Origin: Candidatus Marinacidobacterales bacterium
Lineage (GTDB): Bacteria > Acidobacteriota > Vicinamibacteria > Marinacidobacterales > DATDRI01
Assembly: GCA_965226495.1 (NCBI GenBank)
Contig: OZ245365.1
Span: 4,096,001 to 4,160,000, forward strand
Direction of reading: 5' to 3'
Length of the DNA: 64,000 nucleotides
The first letter of the stretch is position 1. Every line of letters begins with the position of its first letter. The notes under the pieces are model-generated. The model ran no database searches. It was given only the letters and a program-made list of their open reading frames with translations, and was not told the DNA's origin. The position numbers and the translations under genes were made by a program. Below are positions 9,915-19,410 of the stretch, in pieces.

Positions 9915-10820
9915 CTACTCTCGGTAGTGATCCGCGAGCTCGACCCAGAGGGCCAGGCCTCGGTACCGGCCGAAGCGCTCATAGTAGCGCTCGATCGACT
10001 TGTCAGGGGCGCGCCGGCCGCGCCGGTGCCGCTCGGCGAACATTTTTCGACACGCGGTGTCGAGGGCCAGACGATCATAGGATCCCAGTAGCAACCCCAA
10101 CCCCGCCGCAGCGTAAGGACCCACGCCGGGCAAAGTGCGTAGGCGTCGATGGAGTTCCTCGCCGTCGAGCTGCTCGGTCCGCAATGACTCCAGGTCTAGC
10201 TTACCCGACGCAACGTCCCTGGCGATCTTGTGGAGGTAAGCCGAACGGTAGCCGGCCCGTATCTTGCGGTCGAAAGAAACTGCGGTATCGGCGGCGATCG
10301 CCTCTGGCCTGGGGAAACTTCGGCCGGCCACCGAATCGGAAGCGCCATAGCTTTCGACCAAACGTTTGGCCATCGCGGTCGTCTGGCTCCAGGTGCAGTT
10401 CGTCGTGCAGATCATCTTGACGACGTCTTCGAACACCGTCGGCGCCCTCATCATTCTCCCCGCACCCTTCCGCCGGGCCCAACGCAGAGCCGGCTGAGCA
10501 GAGAGTGCACGGTAAAACGGTGATAAATCCTCGTCGAACCGGAGGACACTCGCGATCTGCCGTCGGGCTTCGGACAGCGCCTTTGAATCGAGCGTGGCGG
10601 ACGACTCCAACCGCGCTACGAGCTTTCCGCGATTACTCGGACGGCCAAGCGACACGCGGGCCAGCCGACGCCCGGGAAGCTCGAGGACACCATTGAGCTT
10701 CTGTTGATCTTCGTCGACCGAGAACGGCGCCAGGATGCACCAACCGTGGCTGCACACGGTGTTCCAAAAGTGGAAGTTCGGTGGTGGCGTGCTGAAACTA
10801 AGCCGGCTCACGCGCCCCAT
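9915..10820 (-). CDS. HhH-GPD DNA glycosylase (AlkA/Ogg-like)
   Basis: HhH motif LRTLPGVGPYAA, AGYRSAY and LALDT. Confidence 0.85.
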   Translation of the reverse strand: MGRVSRLSFSTPPPNFHFWNTVCSHGWCILAPFSVDEDQQKLNGVLELPGRRLARVSLGRPSNRGKLVARLESSATLDSKALSEARRQIASVLRFDEDLSPFYRALSAQPALRWARRKGAGRMMRAPTVFEDVVKMICTTNCTWSQTTAMAKRLVESYGASDSVAGRSFPRPEAIAADTAVSFDRKIRAGYRSAYLHKIARDVASGKLDLESLRTEQLDGEELHRRLRTLPGVGPYAAAGLGLLLGSYDRLALDTACRKMFAERHRRGRRAPDKSIERYYERFGRYRGLALWVELADHYRE

Positions 10821-10867
10821 GGCGGTTTATGCTAGCATCAATATGGATGTCCAAGGAGGAGAAAAAC

Positions 10868-12397
10868 GTGGCCCGTCTCGTATTTTCGGTCATTCTCGCC
10901 CTAGGCTTTTGCTCCTTACCTGTCGTCGCAGGAGAGCTGCAAGAAGATCTGCGAGCGCGACGCGCGCGGGTCCTCGAACAGTTAGGACCGCACTCGATGC
11001 TCATACTCTGGAGCGCGGATCTCAAGAGTTATTCCAATGATGTCGAGTACGAGTTCCGGCAGGACAGCGACCTTTACTACCTGACTGGCATGGAGCAAGA
11101 CGAGACCATTCTCGTGCTCATGCCCGGCAACGAGACGCGAAAGGAAATTCTTTTCATCAAGGAGAAAGACCCAGAGAGAGAGCATTGGGAAGGTCAGATC
11201 ATGAGCGAGACGGATGCGACCACCCACACGGGTATCGAGACCGTCTACTTGGTGGATCGCTTCGACTCCTTCGTGAGGTCCCTGCTATCGGGCCGGCCGT
11301 TCGACGTGCCGCGCTATCGTGCCTCGACGGAGTACAGCGCCTTCTTCGAAGCCCTCGCCGATAACCGCGCGCGGGTGGCGCTCGCCCTCACCGAGTTACC
11401 CGAGCTCAAAGGTGAACTGTCGTACCCCCTACAGTTCGCGCAGCGGATCCGAGAACGTTATTTCGGTCTCGACGTTCAGAACGCCGCCGACATCATCCAC
11501 AAGCTCCGACAGATCAAGACTCCATACGAGGCTGAACTGCTGCGGCGAAGCGGCGTGATAGCGAGCGAGGGGCACTTGGCCGGCATGCGCGCCGCTCTCT
11601 CGGCACAGTATGAGTACGAGGTCGAGGCGGCGATCGAATCAACCTACATGCGCTTGGGAGCCTACGGATCGAGCTATCCGGCGATCGTAGCAAGTGGACC
11701 CAACGCGACCATTCTCCACTACTCGACATCGCGCGGCAAGATAGAACCGGAGGATCTACTTCTCGTGGACTCCGCGGCGAACTATCAGTATCAAACGGTA
11801 GACATCACTCGCACCTATCCCGTGAGCGGAACGTTTGACCCGCAGCAAAAAGACATTTACCGCATCGTCCTTGCCGCACAAGATGCGGGTATGGAAGCGG
11901 CGCTGGCGGGTAGCACGCTGAATGACGTCCACCTGGCCACCGTCGAGGTCGTTAAGCAAGGCTTGTTGAATGTCGGCCTCATTACCGACACTTCCGGAGA
12001 TCAGTATCGAACCTGGTACACCCACGGTGCCTGTCACTGGATCGGCATGGACGTGCACGACGTCGGCGAGCGAGATCGGCCACTCGAGCCCGGCATGGCA
12101 TTCGTTATCGAGCCCGGCATCTATATCCGGGAAGGAGCGCTCGATCACCTACCAGACGACCCCGAGAATGCCGCCTTCATCGAGAAAGTCCGGTCCGCCT
12201 ACAAAAAGTACAAGGACATCGGCGTCCGTATCGAGGACTCTTTCCTCCTCACTGAATCTGGACTCGAGCACCTTTCGGGAACGGTTCCCCGCACTATCAA
12301 CGCTATCGAACGGCACATGAGCTCCGGCTCAACGACCAGTACCGTTCCAAGTAATCTCGCCACGGACGACAGCGGTGCCCGGCAGCGCCCAGAGTGA
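10868..12397 (+). CDS. pepP: Xaa-Pro aminopeptidase P with signal peptide
   Basis: FRQDSDLYYLTG, ILHY, DITRTYP, HWIGMDVHD, EPGIY and GVRIED motifs. AGGAGG RBS before GTG10868. Confidence 0.88.
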   Translation: MARLVFSVILALGFCSLPVVAGELQEDLRARRARVLEQLGPHSMLILWSADLKSYSNDVEYEFRQDSDLYYLTGMEQDETILVLMPGNETRKEILFIKEKDPEREHWEGQIMSETDATTHTGIETVYLVDRFDSFVRSLLSGRPFDVPRYRASTEYSAFFEALADNRARVALALTELPELKGELSYPLQFAQRIRERYFGLDVQNAADIIHKLRQIKTPYEAELLRRSGVIASEGHLAGMRAALSAQYEYEVEAAIESTYMRLGAYGSSYPAIVASGPNATILHYSTSRGKIEPEDLLLVDSAANYQYQTVDITRTYPVSGTFDPQQKDIYRIVLAAQDAGMEAALAGSTLNDVHLATVEVVKQGLLNVGLITDTSGDQYRTWYTHGACHWIGMDVHDVGERDRPLEPGMAFVIEPGIYIREGALDHLPDDPENAAFIEKVRSAYKKYKDIGVRIEDSFLLTESGLEHLSGTVPRTINAIERHMSSGSTTSTVPSNLATDDSGARQRPE

Positions 12398-12427
12398 AAT
12401 TGGCCGATCGATTCCTGGCGGATCAAG

Positions 12428-12928
12428 TTGGAACCGGCACCAGTGGATCTCAGCAAGACGTCCGCGGGGGCTCCTTCTCTTCATGTGGTGCTCCTCGAGC
12501 CGGAGATTCACTGGAATACGGGAAACGCCGGACGAAGCTGTCTCACGTTTGGTGCCCAACTTCACTTGATCGAGCCGCTCGGTTTCTCCTTGGACGAGAA
12601 AGAAGTCCGGCGGGCGGGACTCGACTATTGGCCGCGCGTCAAGCCACGAGTGTGGCCGAACTGGCGATCGTTCGAATCGCAACTCACCGAACTTGGCGAG
12701 CCCTACTTCGTCAGCCCGGAAGCGCCGCGGCGAATCCACGACGTACGCTTCCCTCGAAAGACCGTCTTGGTCTTCGGCCGAGAAAGCAGTGGTCTTCCCG
12801 CGGGGGTGCGCGAGGCCTACCGCGACCGGCTAATCTCCATCCCCATGCTCGATCCGGAAATCCGGTCGTTGAACGTGTCCACGTGCGTAGGCATCACGCT
12901 TTATGAAGTTCTACGGCAGAAAACATAG
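12428..12928 (+). CDS. trmL: tRNA (cytidine(34)-2'-O)-methyltransferase
   Basis: EPEIHWNTGN, RRAGLDYW, FGRESSGLP and RSLNVS SPOUT motifs. Confidence 0.92.
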   Translation: MEPAPVDLSKTSAGAPSLHVVLLEPEIHWNTGNAGRSCLTFGAQLHLIEPLGFSLDEKEVRRAGLDYWPRVKPRVWPNWRSFESQLTELGEPYFVSPEAPRRIHDVRFPRKTVLVFGRESSGLPAGVREAYRDRLISIPMLDPEIRSLNVSTCVGITLYEVLRQKT

Positions 12929-12995
12929 CGATTCGAGGGGCTGAAGTCCAACGAGGTTTGTTGGACTCCGAAGTGGTGTGCTAGCATCGATTTTC

Positions 12996-14585
12996 GTGTC
13001 GAAAAACTCGAGTAAGGCTCGGCAAACCAGCTCTGGCATTCCCATCCCCGAGGTCTACACGTCCGGAAATTTACAGGGATGGGACGCGGAGCGGCAGCTC
13101 GGCTTCCCCGGCGCACCACCGTTCACTCGCGGCAACCATCCGGAAGGATATCGCGGCCGGCTTTGGACGATGCGTCAGTATGCCGGCTACGCAACGGCCG
13201 AAGAGTCGAACCGTCGCTATCGCTATCTCCTCGAGCAAGGGCAAAGCGGGCTATCGGTCGCCTTCGACCTCCCCACTCAAATCGGCTATGACTCTGACCA
13301 CCACTTGGCACAAGGAGAAGTCGGACGCGTAGGTGTCGCCATCGACTCTCTCGAGGACATGGAGATCCTCTTCAAAGACATTCCTCTCGATCGGGTCTCG
13401 ACATCGATGACCATCAATGCGACGGCCGCGATTCTCCTGGCGCTCTACATAGCGGTAGGCCGCAAACAAAATGTCCCGGAGGAGAAGCTATCCGGGACCG
13501 TGCAAAACGACATCCTCAAGGAGTACACCGCCCGGGGCACATACATTTATCCGCCCGCGGCTTCGATGCGGATCACCACCGATATCATTGCATTTTGCGG
13601 CCGATCGGTTCCGCGTTTCAATCCCATCAGCATCAGCGGTTATCACATTCGGGAGGCGGGCTCGACCGCGGCTCAGGAATTAGCGTTCACGTTGGCGGAC
13701 GGCATCGAATACGTCAAAGCAGCGGTCGCCGCAGGCTTGGACGTGGACGATTTCGGCAATCGACTGTCTTTCTTCTTCAACTCGCATCGGAACTTTCTGG
13801 AAGAGATTGCGAAGTTTCGGGCGGCTCGCCGAATCTGGGGAAAAATCCTCCGCGAGCGCTTCGGTTCTAAGAACCCTCGTGCCCAAATGCTGCGCTTCCA
13901 TGCCCAAACTGCGGGCTCCACCCTGACCGCCCAGCAGCCCAACATCAACGTCGTGCGCACCACACTGCAGGCCCTGGCTGCCGTGCTCGGCGGTACCCAG
14001 TCGCTTCACTGCAATGCCCTCGACGAAGCTCTGGGGCTACCAACGGAAGCAACTGCAGAGCTCGCACTCCGAACGCAGCAAGTACTCGCGTTCGAAAGCG
14101 GAATTGCCGATACAGTAGATCCTCTCGCAGGCTCCTACGCCGTCGAGTCACTTACCGATGCCGTCCAAGAAAAAGCCGAAGCGCTGCTTTCTGAGATCGA
14201 CGAGCGTGGAGGAGCACTCAAAGCCATCGAGGCCGGCTGGGTCCAGGCCCAGATCCAGGACGCCGCCTACAAGTTTCAAAATGACCTCGACTCCGAGGAG
14301 GCAACGGTGGTGGGAGTGAACGCCTTCACAAAGGGTGAGAAAGTGCCCATCGAAGTCTTCACGATCGATCCGGAGGTGGAAAAGCTTCAAGAAAAGCGAC
14401 TAGCGGCATTGAAATCCCACCGTAACCCCGAGGCCGCAGCGAGCGCGCTTGATCGGGTAGAAAGGGCGGCGGGTTCCGACGAGAACTTGATGCCGCCTAT
14501 CCTCGATGCGGTGGAAGTTTACGCGACGCTAGGTGAGATCTCGGATCGACTGCGAAACGTCTTTGGAGAGTACCGGAGCAGCTAG
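12996..14585 (+). CDS. Methylmalonyl-CoA mutase family, large (substrate-binding) subunit without B12 domain
   Basis: [38 protein letters not shown] and GGTQSLH motifs. No DxHxxG domain. Confidence 0.92.
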   Translation: MSKNSSKARQTSSGIPIPEVYTSGNLQGWDAERQLGFPGAPPFTRGNHPEGYRGRLWTMRQYAGYATAEESNRRYRYLLEQGQSGLSVAFDLPTQIGYDSDHHLAQGEVGRVGVAIDSLEDMEILFKDIPLDRVSTSMTINATAAILLALYIAVGRKQNVPEEKLSGTVQNDILKEYTARGTYIYPPAASMRITTDIIAFCGRSVPRFNPISISGYHIREAGSTAAQELAFTLADGIEYVKAAVAAGLDVDDFGNRLSFFFNSHRNFLEEIAKFRAARRIWGKILRERFGSKNPRAQMLRFHAQTAGSTLTAQQPNINVVRTTLQALAAVLGGTQSLHCNALDEALGLPTEATAELALRTQQVLAFESGIADTVDPLAGSYAVESLTDAVQEKAEALLSEIDERGGALKAIEAGWVQAQIQDAAYKFQNDLDSEEATVVGVNAFTKGEKVPIEVFTIDPEVEKLQEKRLAALKSHRNPEAAASALDRVERAAGSDENLMPPILDAVEVYATLGEISDRLRNVFGEYRSS

Positions 14586-14820
14586 GGTGTCAAAGAATTG
14601 ACTGCAGCCTGCGCGAAGAGCCGTCGGCCGTCCCGCAGCCGCTTGCCGGCGAAGGGACGAGCCGTGGGGGTGGGGCCCCACGGCATTGATAGAGGAGCGA
14701 GGCGCCAAGCGCGCGAACACAGCCATGAGCCCATGCGAAGTCGTCAACCGACGCAGCATGAGGCGTGGGGGTGGGGCCCCGCGCCATTCATGGAAGAGTG
14801 AGCGTGCACTGAGACATTAG
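14582..14820 (+). mobile_element. Non-autonomous intergenic repeat element (MITE-like), copy 1, with two GGGGTGGGGCCCC hairpins
   Basis: Colinear with the reverse complement of 37465-37796. Bounded by CTAG and TTAG; hairpins at 14661-14684 and 14762-14785. Confidence 0.7.
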
Positions 14821-15381
14821 ATGCTGTGCTCAATTTGCCGGGGAGACCACCCCGAAACCGATTCTCGAGCCCTTTCGATCCTCGCGTCGACACCGCGACG
14901 CTTGGAGAAGCTTCTGTCTTCAGTCGGACCTCGGGAAGCAGTGGCCCGCCCGATGCGCGGAAAATGGTCGATCAAAGAAATCGTCTCCCACTTGGCCGAC
15001 ACCGAGCTCGTTTATGGATATCGCTACCGGAGGACGATTGCCGAGCCCGGCGCGAGTCTCGGTGAGTTCGATCAAGAGATCTGGGCGAAGGAGCTTCTCT
15101 ATCGAAGACAGCCACTCGACGCGATGGAAGGAGCATTTAGCGCCCTGCGAAAGCAGAACCTCATTCTGCTGAAGTTGGTCTCCAAAGACGTCTGGTCGCA
15201 GCACGCCTCCCACCCCGAGTACGGGACTATCAGCTTGCGGGAGATGGTTACGCATATGGCGACCCACGACAGGACTCATCTTTCTCAGATAGAGCGCCTC
15301 GCCGCGGTGGTCGACAAGCGCTCGAAGAAAAGAAAGACGGCAAAGACAGCGAAGAAACGGTCTTCCCGCAAAGCCAAATGA
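14821..15381 (+). CDS. DinB/YfiT-like protein with basic C-terminal tail
   Basis: WSIKEIVSHLAD and HMATHDRTHLSQI His triad. Confidence 0.85.
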   Translation: MLCSICRGDHPETDSRALSILASTPRRLEKLLSSVGPREAVARPMRGKWSIKEIVSHLADTELVYGYRYRRTIAEPGASLGEFDQEIWAKELLYRRQPLDAMEGAFSALRKQNLILLKLVSKDVWSQHASHPEYGTISLREMVTHMATHDRTHLSQIERLAAVVDKRSKKRKTAKTAKKRSSRKAK

Positions 15382-16391
15382 ACGAGACGATCCTCGAAGT
15401 CCGCGGCCTCTCCGTACAATTCGACACCGCGACCGGTCCGATCCGTGCCGTCGACGACGTTCACTTGAACATCGCGCGGGGTCAAACGGTAGGCTTGGTT
15501 GGAGAGTCCGGCTGCGGAAAATCCACGTTGGCTTACGCGCTTCTCAGACTCGTTCCCCCACCGGGACGCATCGTGGAGGGTGAGATCCTCTGGAAAGGCA
15601 AGGATCTCCTGAGGCTCCCTGAAAAGGAGATTCGGCGGGTGCGCGGCAAAGAGATTGCGCTCATCTTCCAGGAGCCTTCGGCGGCTCTGAACCCCGTCCT
15701 CACCGTGGGGGATCAAGTGGCCGAGCCCCTTCGCGTCCACCAAGGCATGAATCGGAGAGATGCCTTGGCGCAGGCGGTCGAGCTCTTGCGCGCCGTGCGT
15801 ATCCCCGACGCAGAGACGCGGGTCGACGACTACCCTCACCAAATGAGCGGTGGGATGAAGCAACGGGTCTTGATCGCAATGGCCATCGCCTGCTCTCCCG
15901 ATCTCCTGGTTGCCGATGAACCGACCACCGCGCTCGACGTCACGATCCAGGCGCAAATTCTAGAGCTGCTCGACCAACTGAAGGAACAATTCCAACTCTC
16001 CATCCTCTTGGTCAGTCACGATCTGGGAGTGGTCGCCCAAAACGCCAACCGTGTCGCAGTCATGTATGCTGGGCGAATCGTGGAAGAGGCCCCGGTCGAT
16101 TCGCTGTTCAAGGATCCCAAGCATCCGTACACCTCCGGACTGCTTCGCTCTCTACCCCGTCGCAGCGGGACATCCTCGAGAGGTCCCCAAGGCGCGAGAC
16201 GGAGGCTAGAAGCAATCCGTGGGACGGTTCCCGATCTCGCCGAGCTCCCCCCCGGCTGCGCCTTCGCGCCTCGTTGCCCGCTCGAGTTCGACCTGTGTGC
16301 AAGCGCCGTACCACCTCTCACGGAGATCGCATCGGGACACCTCGCCGCATGCTACAAACACGAGGCAGTCATAAACGCACGGAAGTCATAA
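15378..16391 (+). CDS. Oligopeptide/dipeptide ABC ATPase (OppD/DppD-like)
   Basis: [29 protein letters not shown] and a C-terminal Cys cluster. Confidence 0.92.
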   Translation: MNETILEVRGLSVQFDTATGPIRAVDDVHLNIARGQTVGLVGESGCGKSTLAYALLRLVPPPGRIVEGEILWKGKDLLRLPEKEIRRVRGKEIALIFQEPSAALNPVLTVGDQVAEPLRVHQGMNRRDALAQAVELLRAVRIPDAETRVDDYPHQMSGGMKQRVLIAMAIACSPDLLVADEPTTALDVTIQAQILELLDQLKEQFQLSILLVSHDLGVVAQNANRVAVMYAGRIVEEAPVDSLFKDPKHPYTSGLLRSLPRRSGTSSRGPQGARRRLEAIRGTVPDLAELPPGCAFAPRCPLEFDLCASAVPPLTEIASGHLAACYKHEAVINARKS

Positions 16392-16395
16392 GGGA

Positions 16396-17385
16396 ATGTC
16401 AGTGGACGCTCCGATTCTCGAGGTACGAAAGCTCGTAAAGCGTTTCCCGGTTCGGCGCGGCGTGTTCCAGCGCACGGTGGCGCAGGTTCACGCCGTCGAC
16501 GACGTGAGTTTCGACATCCGTCCGGGCGAGACACTCTCCCTCGTCGGCGAATCGGGCTCCGGAAAGACGACCACCGGCAGGTGTGTGCTGAGACTCGTGG
16601 AGCCCACCTCCGGCGAAGTCCGATTCGAGGGTCAGGACATTCTCGGATTGGACCGACGCTCGCTCCGCAAACTTCGGCGCAAGACCCAAGTCATTTTCCA
16701 GGACCCTTACAGCTCGCTGAACCCTCGAATGAGGGTCGGCTCGATCGTAGCCGAGCCGTTGGTCATTCACCGCGCCGGAACACGACAAGAAAGAGCAGAG
16801 CGAACCGCGGAGCTCTTGACGATGGTGGGACTCGATCCGCATGTGGGCTCTCGCTATCCACATGAGTTCAGTGGTGGACAGCGACAACGAATCGGGATCG
16901 CACGCGCCCTGGCGCTCAATCCACGCTTCATCGTAGCGGACGAGCCGGTCAGTTCTCTCGACGTATCTATTCAAGCGCAGATCTTGAACCTCTTGGTCGA
17001 CCTTCAGGAAAAACTCAATCTGTCGTATCTCTTCATTGCGCACGATCTGCGTATCGTCGAGCACATCAGCGACCGCGTAGCGGTTATGTACCTGGGAAAA
17101 CTCGTGGAGCTGGCGCCCACCGCGGAGCTCTACCGAAGCCCACAACACCCGTACACGCAGGCCCTCCTGGCTTCCGTCCCCGAGCCCGATCCCCAGAAAG
17201 CTAAAACGGCCACCCTCGTACAAGGGGACCCGCCGACGCCGCTGGACCCACCCTCCGGGTGCCGGTTTCACCCGCGTTGCCCGGTCGCGGTGGAGCGCTG
17301 CCGAAGCGAGGAACCGCCCCTGGTGGACGTGGGAGGTGGCCACTTGACGGCCTGCCACTTGGTTCCCCCAGCTGGTACTATTTAA
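16396..17385 (+). CDS. Oligopeptide/dipeptide ABC ATPase (OppF/DppF-like)
   Basis: [20 protein letters not shown] and [11 protein letters not shown] motifs. Confidence 0.92.
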   Translation: MSVDAPILEVRKLVKRFPVRRGVFQRTVAQVHAVDDVSFDIRPGETLSLVGESGSGKTTTGRCVLRLVEPTSGEVRFEGQDILGLDRRSLRKLRRKTQVIFQDPYSSLNPRMRVGSIVAEPLVIHRAGTRQERAERTAELLTMVGLDPHVGSRYPHEFSGGQRQRIGIARALALNPRFIVADEPVSSLDVSIQAQILNLLVDLQEKLNLSYLFIAHDLRIVEHISDRVAVMYLGKLVELAPTAELYRSPQHPYTQALLASVPEPDPQKAKTATLVQGDPPTPLDPPSGCRFHPRCPVAVERCRSEEPPLVDVGGGHLTACHLVPPAGTI

Positions 17386-17408
17386 AGAGACCCCAATTCG
17401 GAGAAAAT

Positions 17409-18230
17409 GTGGTGTGGGCCAACGAGGCTCTCTCGAACGCGGTCATTCGCTTCCTAACCCGGGAAGTCCATGACTACCAGCGTCGCATCCCCAACAACCT
17501 GGAGAAACTGAAGAAGCACATCCGACCGGGCGACGTCTTGCTGGTCGAAGGCAAGTCGCGCATCTCCCAGATCATCAAGTACCTGACCCAAAGCTCTTGG
17601 TCCCACTCCGCCATCTACATCGGCGACCACATCGAGCTCCGGGGACACCCCATCGCACAGCACTACCGCGATCTCTACGGCGAGGAGTCACGACACTTGC
17701 TGATTGAAGCCGAATTGTCGGGTGGCGTGGCGGCGGTGCCGCTTACCAAGTACCTCGACTACAACTTGAGGCTATGCCGTCCCTACTCTCTGTCGATCGA
17801 TGATCTCGAGAAAGTGCTCGGCGAGGTCATTTCCCATCTTGGCGATACCTACGACCGCAAGAGGCTCCTCGACCTGGGTCGCTACTTGACGCCGTTTTCC
17901 CTCATTCCGGCACGCTGGCGTAAGAAGGCTTTCTTTCACGGCTCCAGCACGTCGCGGGCCGTCATCTGTTCGGGTCTGATCGCTCGAGCGTTCTTGAACG
18001 TCCATTACCCCGTCCTCCCCCTTCCATCGAAGAATCCAAGGGAGGAGGAAGAAAAGGGCCTCTTTCCATTCGGCAAAAAGTTCCGCAGCTTCCCTCCGTA
18101 CTTGGCACTGCCGCGCGACTTCGACCTGTCCCCCTACTTCCAGATCGTTAAATTCAATCTCGTACGAGAAGGCCCGCTCGATTATCGGGCTCTGGAATGG
18201 GAAGGTGTGTTAGACTCTCGCGATCCCTAA
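17409..18230 (+). CDS. YiiX/YebB-like permuted papain-fold (NlpC/P60) hydrolase
   Basis: PGDVLLVEG, SSWSHSAIY (His) preceding ICSGLIARAF (Cys). GGAG precedes GTG17409/17412. Confidence 0.8.
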   Translation: MVWANEALSNAVIRFLTREVHDYQRRIPNNLEKLKKHIRPGDVLLVEGKSRISQIIKYLTQSSWSHSAIYIGDHIELRGHPIAQHYRDLYGEESRHLLIEAELSGGVAAVPLTKYLDYNLRLCRPYSLSIDDLEKVLGEVISHLGDTYDRKRLLDLGRYLTPFSLIPARWRKKAFFHGSSTSRAVICSGLIARAFLNVHYPVLPLPSKNPREEEEKGLFPFGKKFRSFPPYLALPRDFDLSPYFQIVKFNLVREGPLDYRALEWEGVLDSRDP

Positions 18231-18239
18231 AGAGTCTTG

Positions 18240-18752
18240 ATGACGCGACTCGTCGTCTTCGATCTTGATGAAACGCTTTGGAACCTGCCAGGCGGTTACT
18301 GCGCCCAGATGACGCCGCCTTTCCGTCGCGATCGTGATAGCGTTCGCGATGCGTCGGGCTACCAGCTAACCTTGCGGCCTGACGCTCGATCCACGCTCGA
18401 CTCTCTAGAAAGTAGAGGCCTCCTCGTTTCCGTTGCCAGCCGGTCCACACCGGAAACCGCCGGCGAGGTTCTGAAATTACTCGGCCTGTTCGAGCGCTTC
18501 ACGTGTCCGTGCTTCGCCTGGCAAGACAAAGATCTTTCGCTGGATCGCGTCCTGACCGACCTCCGAGAAAAAAAAGGGATCCGCGTCGAACCTCCGGAGG
18601 TCCTGTTCGTGGACGACTGGCCTTCCAATATTCGCGATGCCGCGAAGCTCGGAATCCCCGGGCTGGTGTTCGGCCAAGACATTCACTCTCTTTCGGAAGT
18701 TCTCAATCATCTCAATGGATCAGGAGACAGGAATGCAGTTCGACCTTTTTGA
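18240..18752 (+). CDS. HAD phosphatase, magnesium-dependent phosphatase-1 (MDP-1)-like
   Basis: VFDLDETLW, VASRS and LFVDDWPSN motifs. Confidence 0.8.
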   Translation: MTRLVVFDLDETLWNLPGGYCAQMTPPFRRDRDSVRDASGYQLTLRPDARSTLDSLESRGLLVSVASRSTPETAGEVLKLLGLFERFTCPCFAWQDKDLSLDRVLTDLREKKGIRVEPPEVLFVDDWPSNIRDAAKLGIPGLVFGQDIHSLSEVLNHLNGSGDRNAVRPF

Positions 18753-19386
18753 TGCGGGCTCCAACACAATATTGGGCTCCGGTTCTTACGACGAGCTCAA
18801 GACTCGATTAGTAGAAAGTGGTTGTACGAAATGCAGCCTGCACACGGGCCGGACGCAGATCGTGGTCGATCGCGGTAATCCCGACGCCTCGGTCATGGTG
18901 ATCGGAGAAGGGCCGGGTGAGCAAGAAGACCGGCAAGGTCAGGCTTTCGTCGGACGCGCCGGGAAGACGTTCGACCAAATCATGAACGCGGTGGGGATCG
19001 ACACCAACGAGGATATGCTCATCGCCAACGTGGTCAAATGCCGGCCCCCAGAGAACCGTGCACCCCACTCCGACGAAGCGGCGGCGTGCCTACCCTATCT
19101 GAAGCGACAAATCGAGCTGGTGCGCCCGCACATCATTCTGCTTTTGGGTGCTACCGCGCTCAAGCACTTCGATAAATCCAAAACGAACTTCCAAATGTCG
19201 GAGGAAGCGGGTAAATTCTTTACCCTGACCGATTTCCCGAGCACTCAGTTCATGGTGCTCTATCATCCCGCCGCGCTCCTCTATAACGCCAAGCTCAAGC
19301 CCGCCATGTGGCAACACGCCAAGACACTGCGACACTTTCTCGATCAGCACGGTTTGATCAGAAGTAAGCTGAAACGCGCCCAATAA
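18733..19386 (+). CDS. Uracil-DNA glycosylase family 4 (Fe-S)
   Basis: CTKCSL, IGEGPG, FVGRAG, NVVKCRPPENR and YHPAALL motifs. Confidence 0.92.
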   Translation: MQFDLFDAGSNTILGSGSYDELKTRLVESGCTKCSLHTGRTQIVVDRGNPDASVMVIGEGPGEQEDRQGQAFVGRAGKTFDQIMNAVGIDTNEDMLIANVVKCRPPENRAPHSDEAAACLPYLKRQIELVRPHIILLLGATALKHFDKSKTNFQMSEEAGKFFTLTDFPSTQFMVLYHPAALLYNAKLKPAMWQHAKTLRHFLDQHGLIRSKLKRAQ

Positions 19387-19410
19387 AGTTTGTCAAGATC
19401 GTCGGTAAGT

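Noticed and set aside
14529-14801. Short ORFs inside the repeat element (also 37465-37829)
   Set aside because: Frames are not conserved in length or start between the copies, and there are no transposase motifs.
16399-17358. 319-aa minus-strand ORF
   Set aside because: Typical antisense frame of an ABC ATPase.
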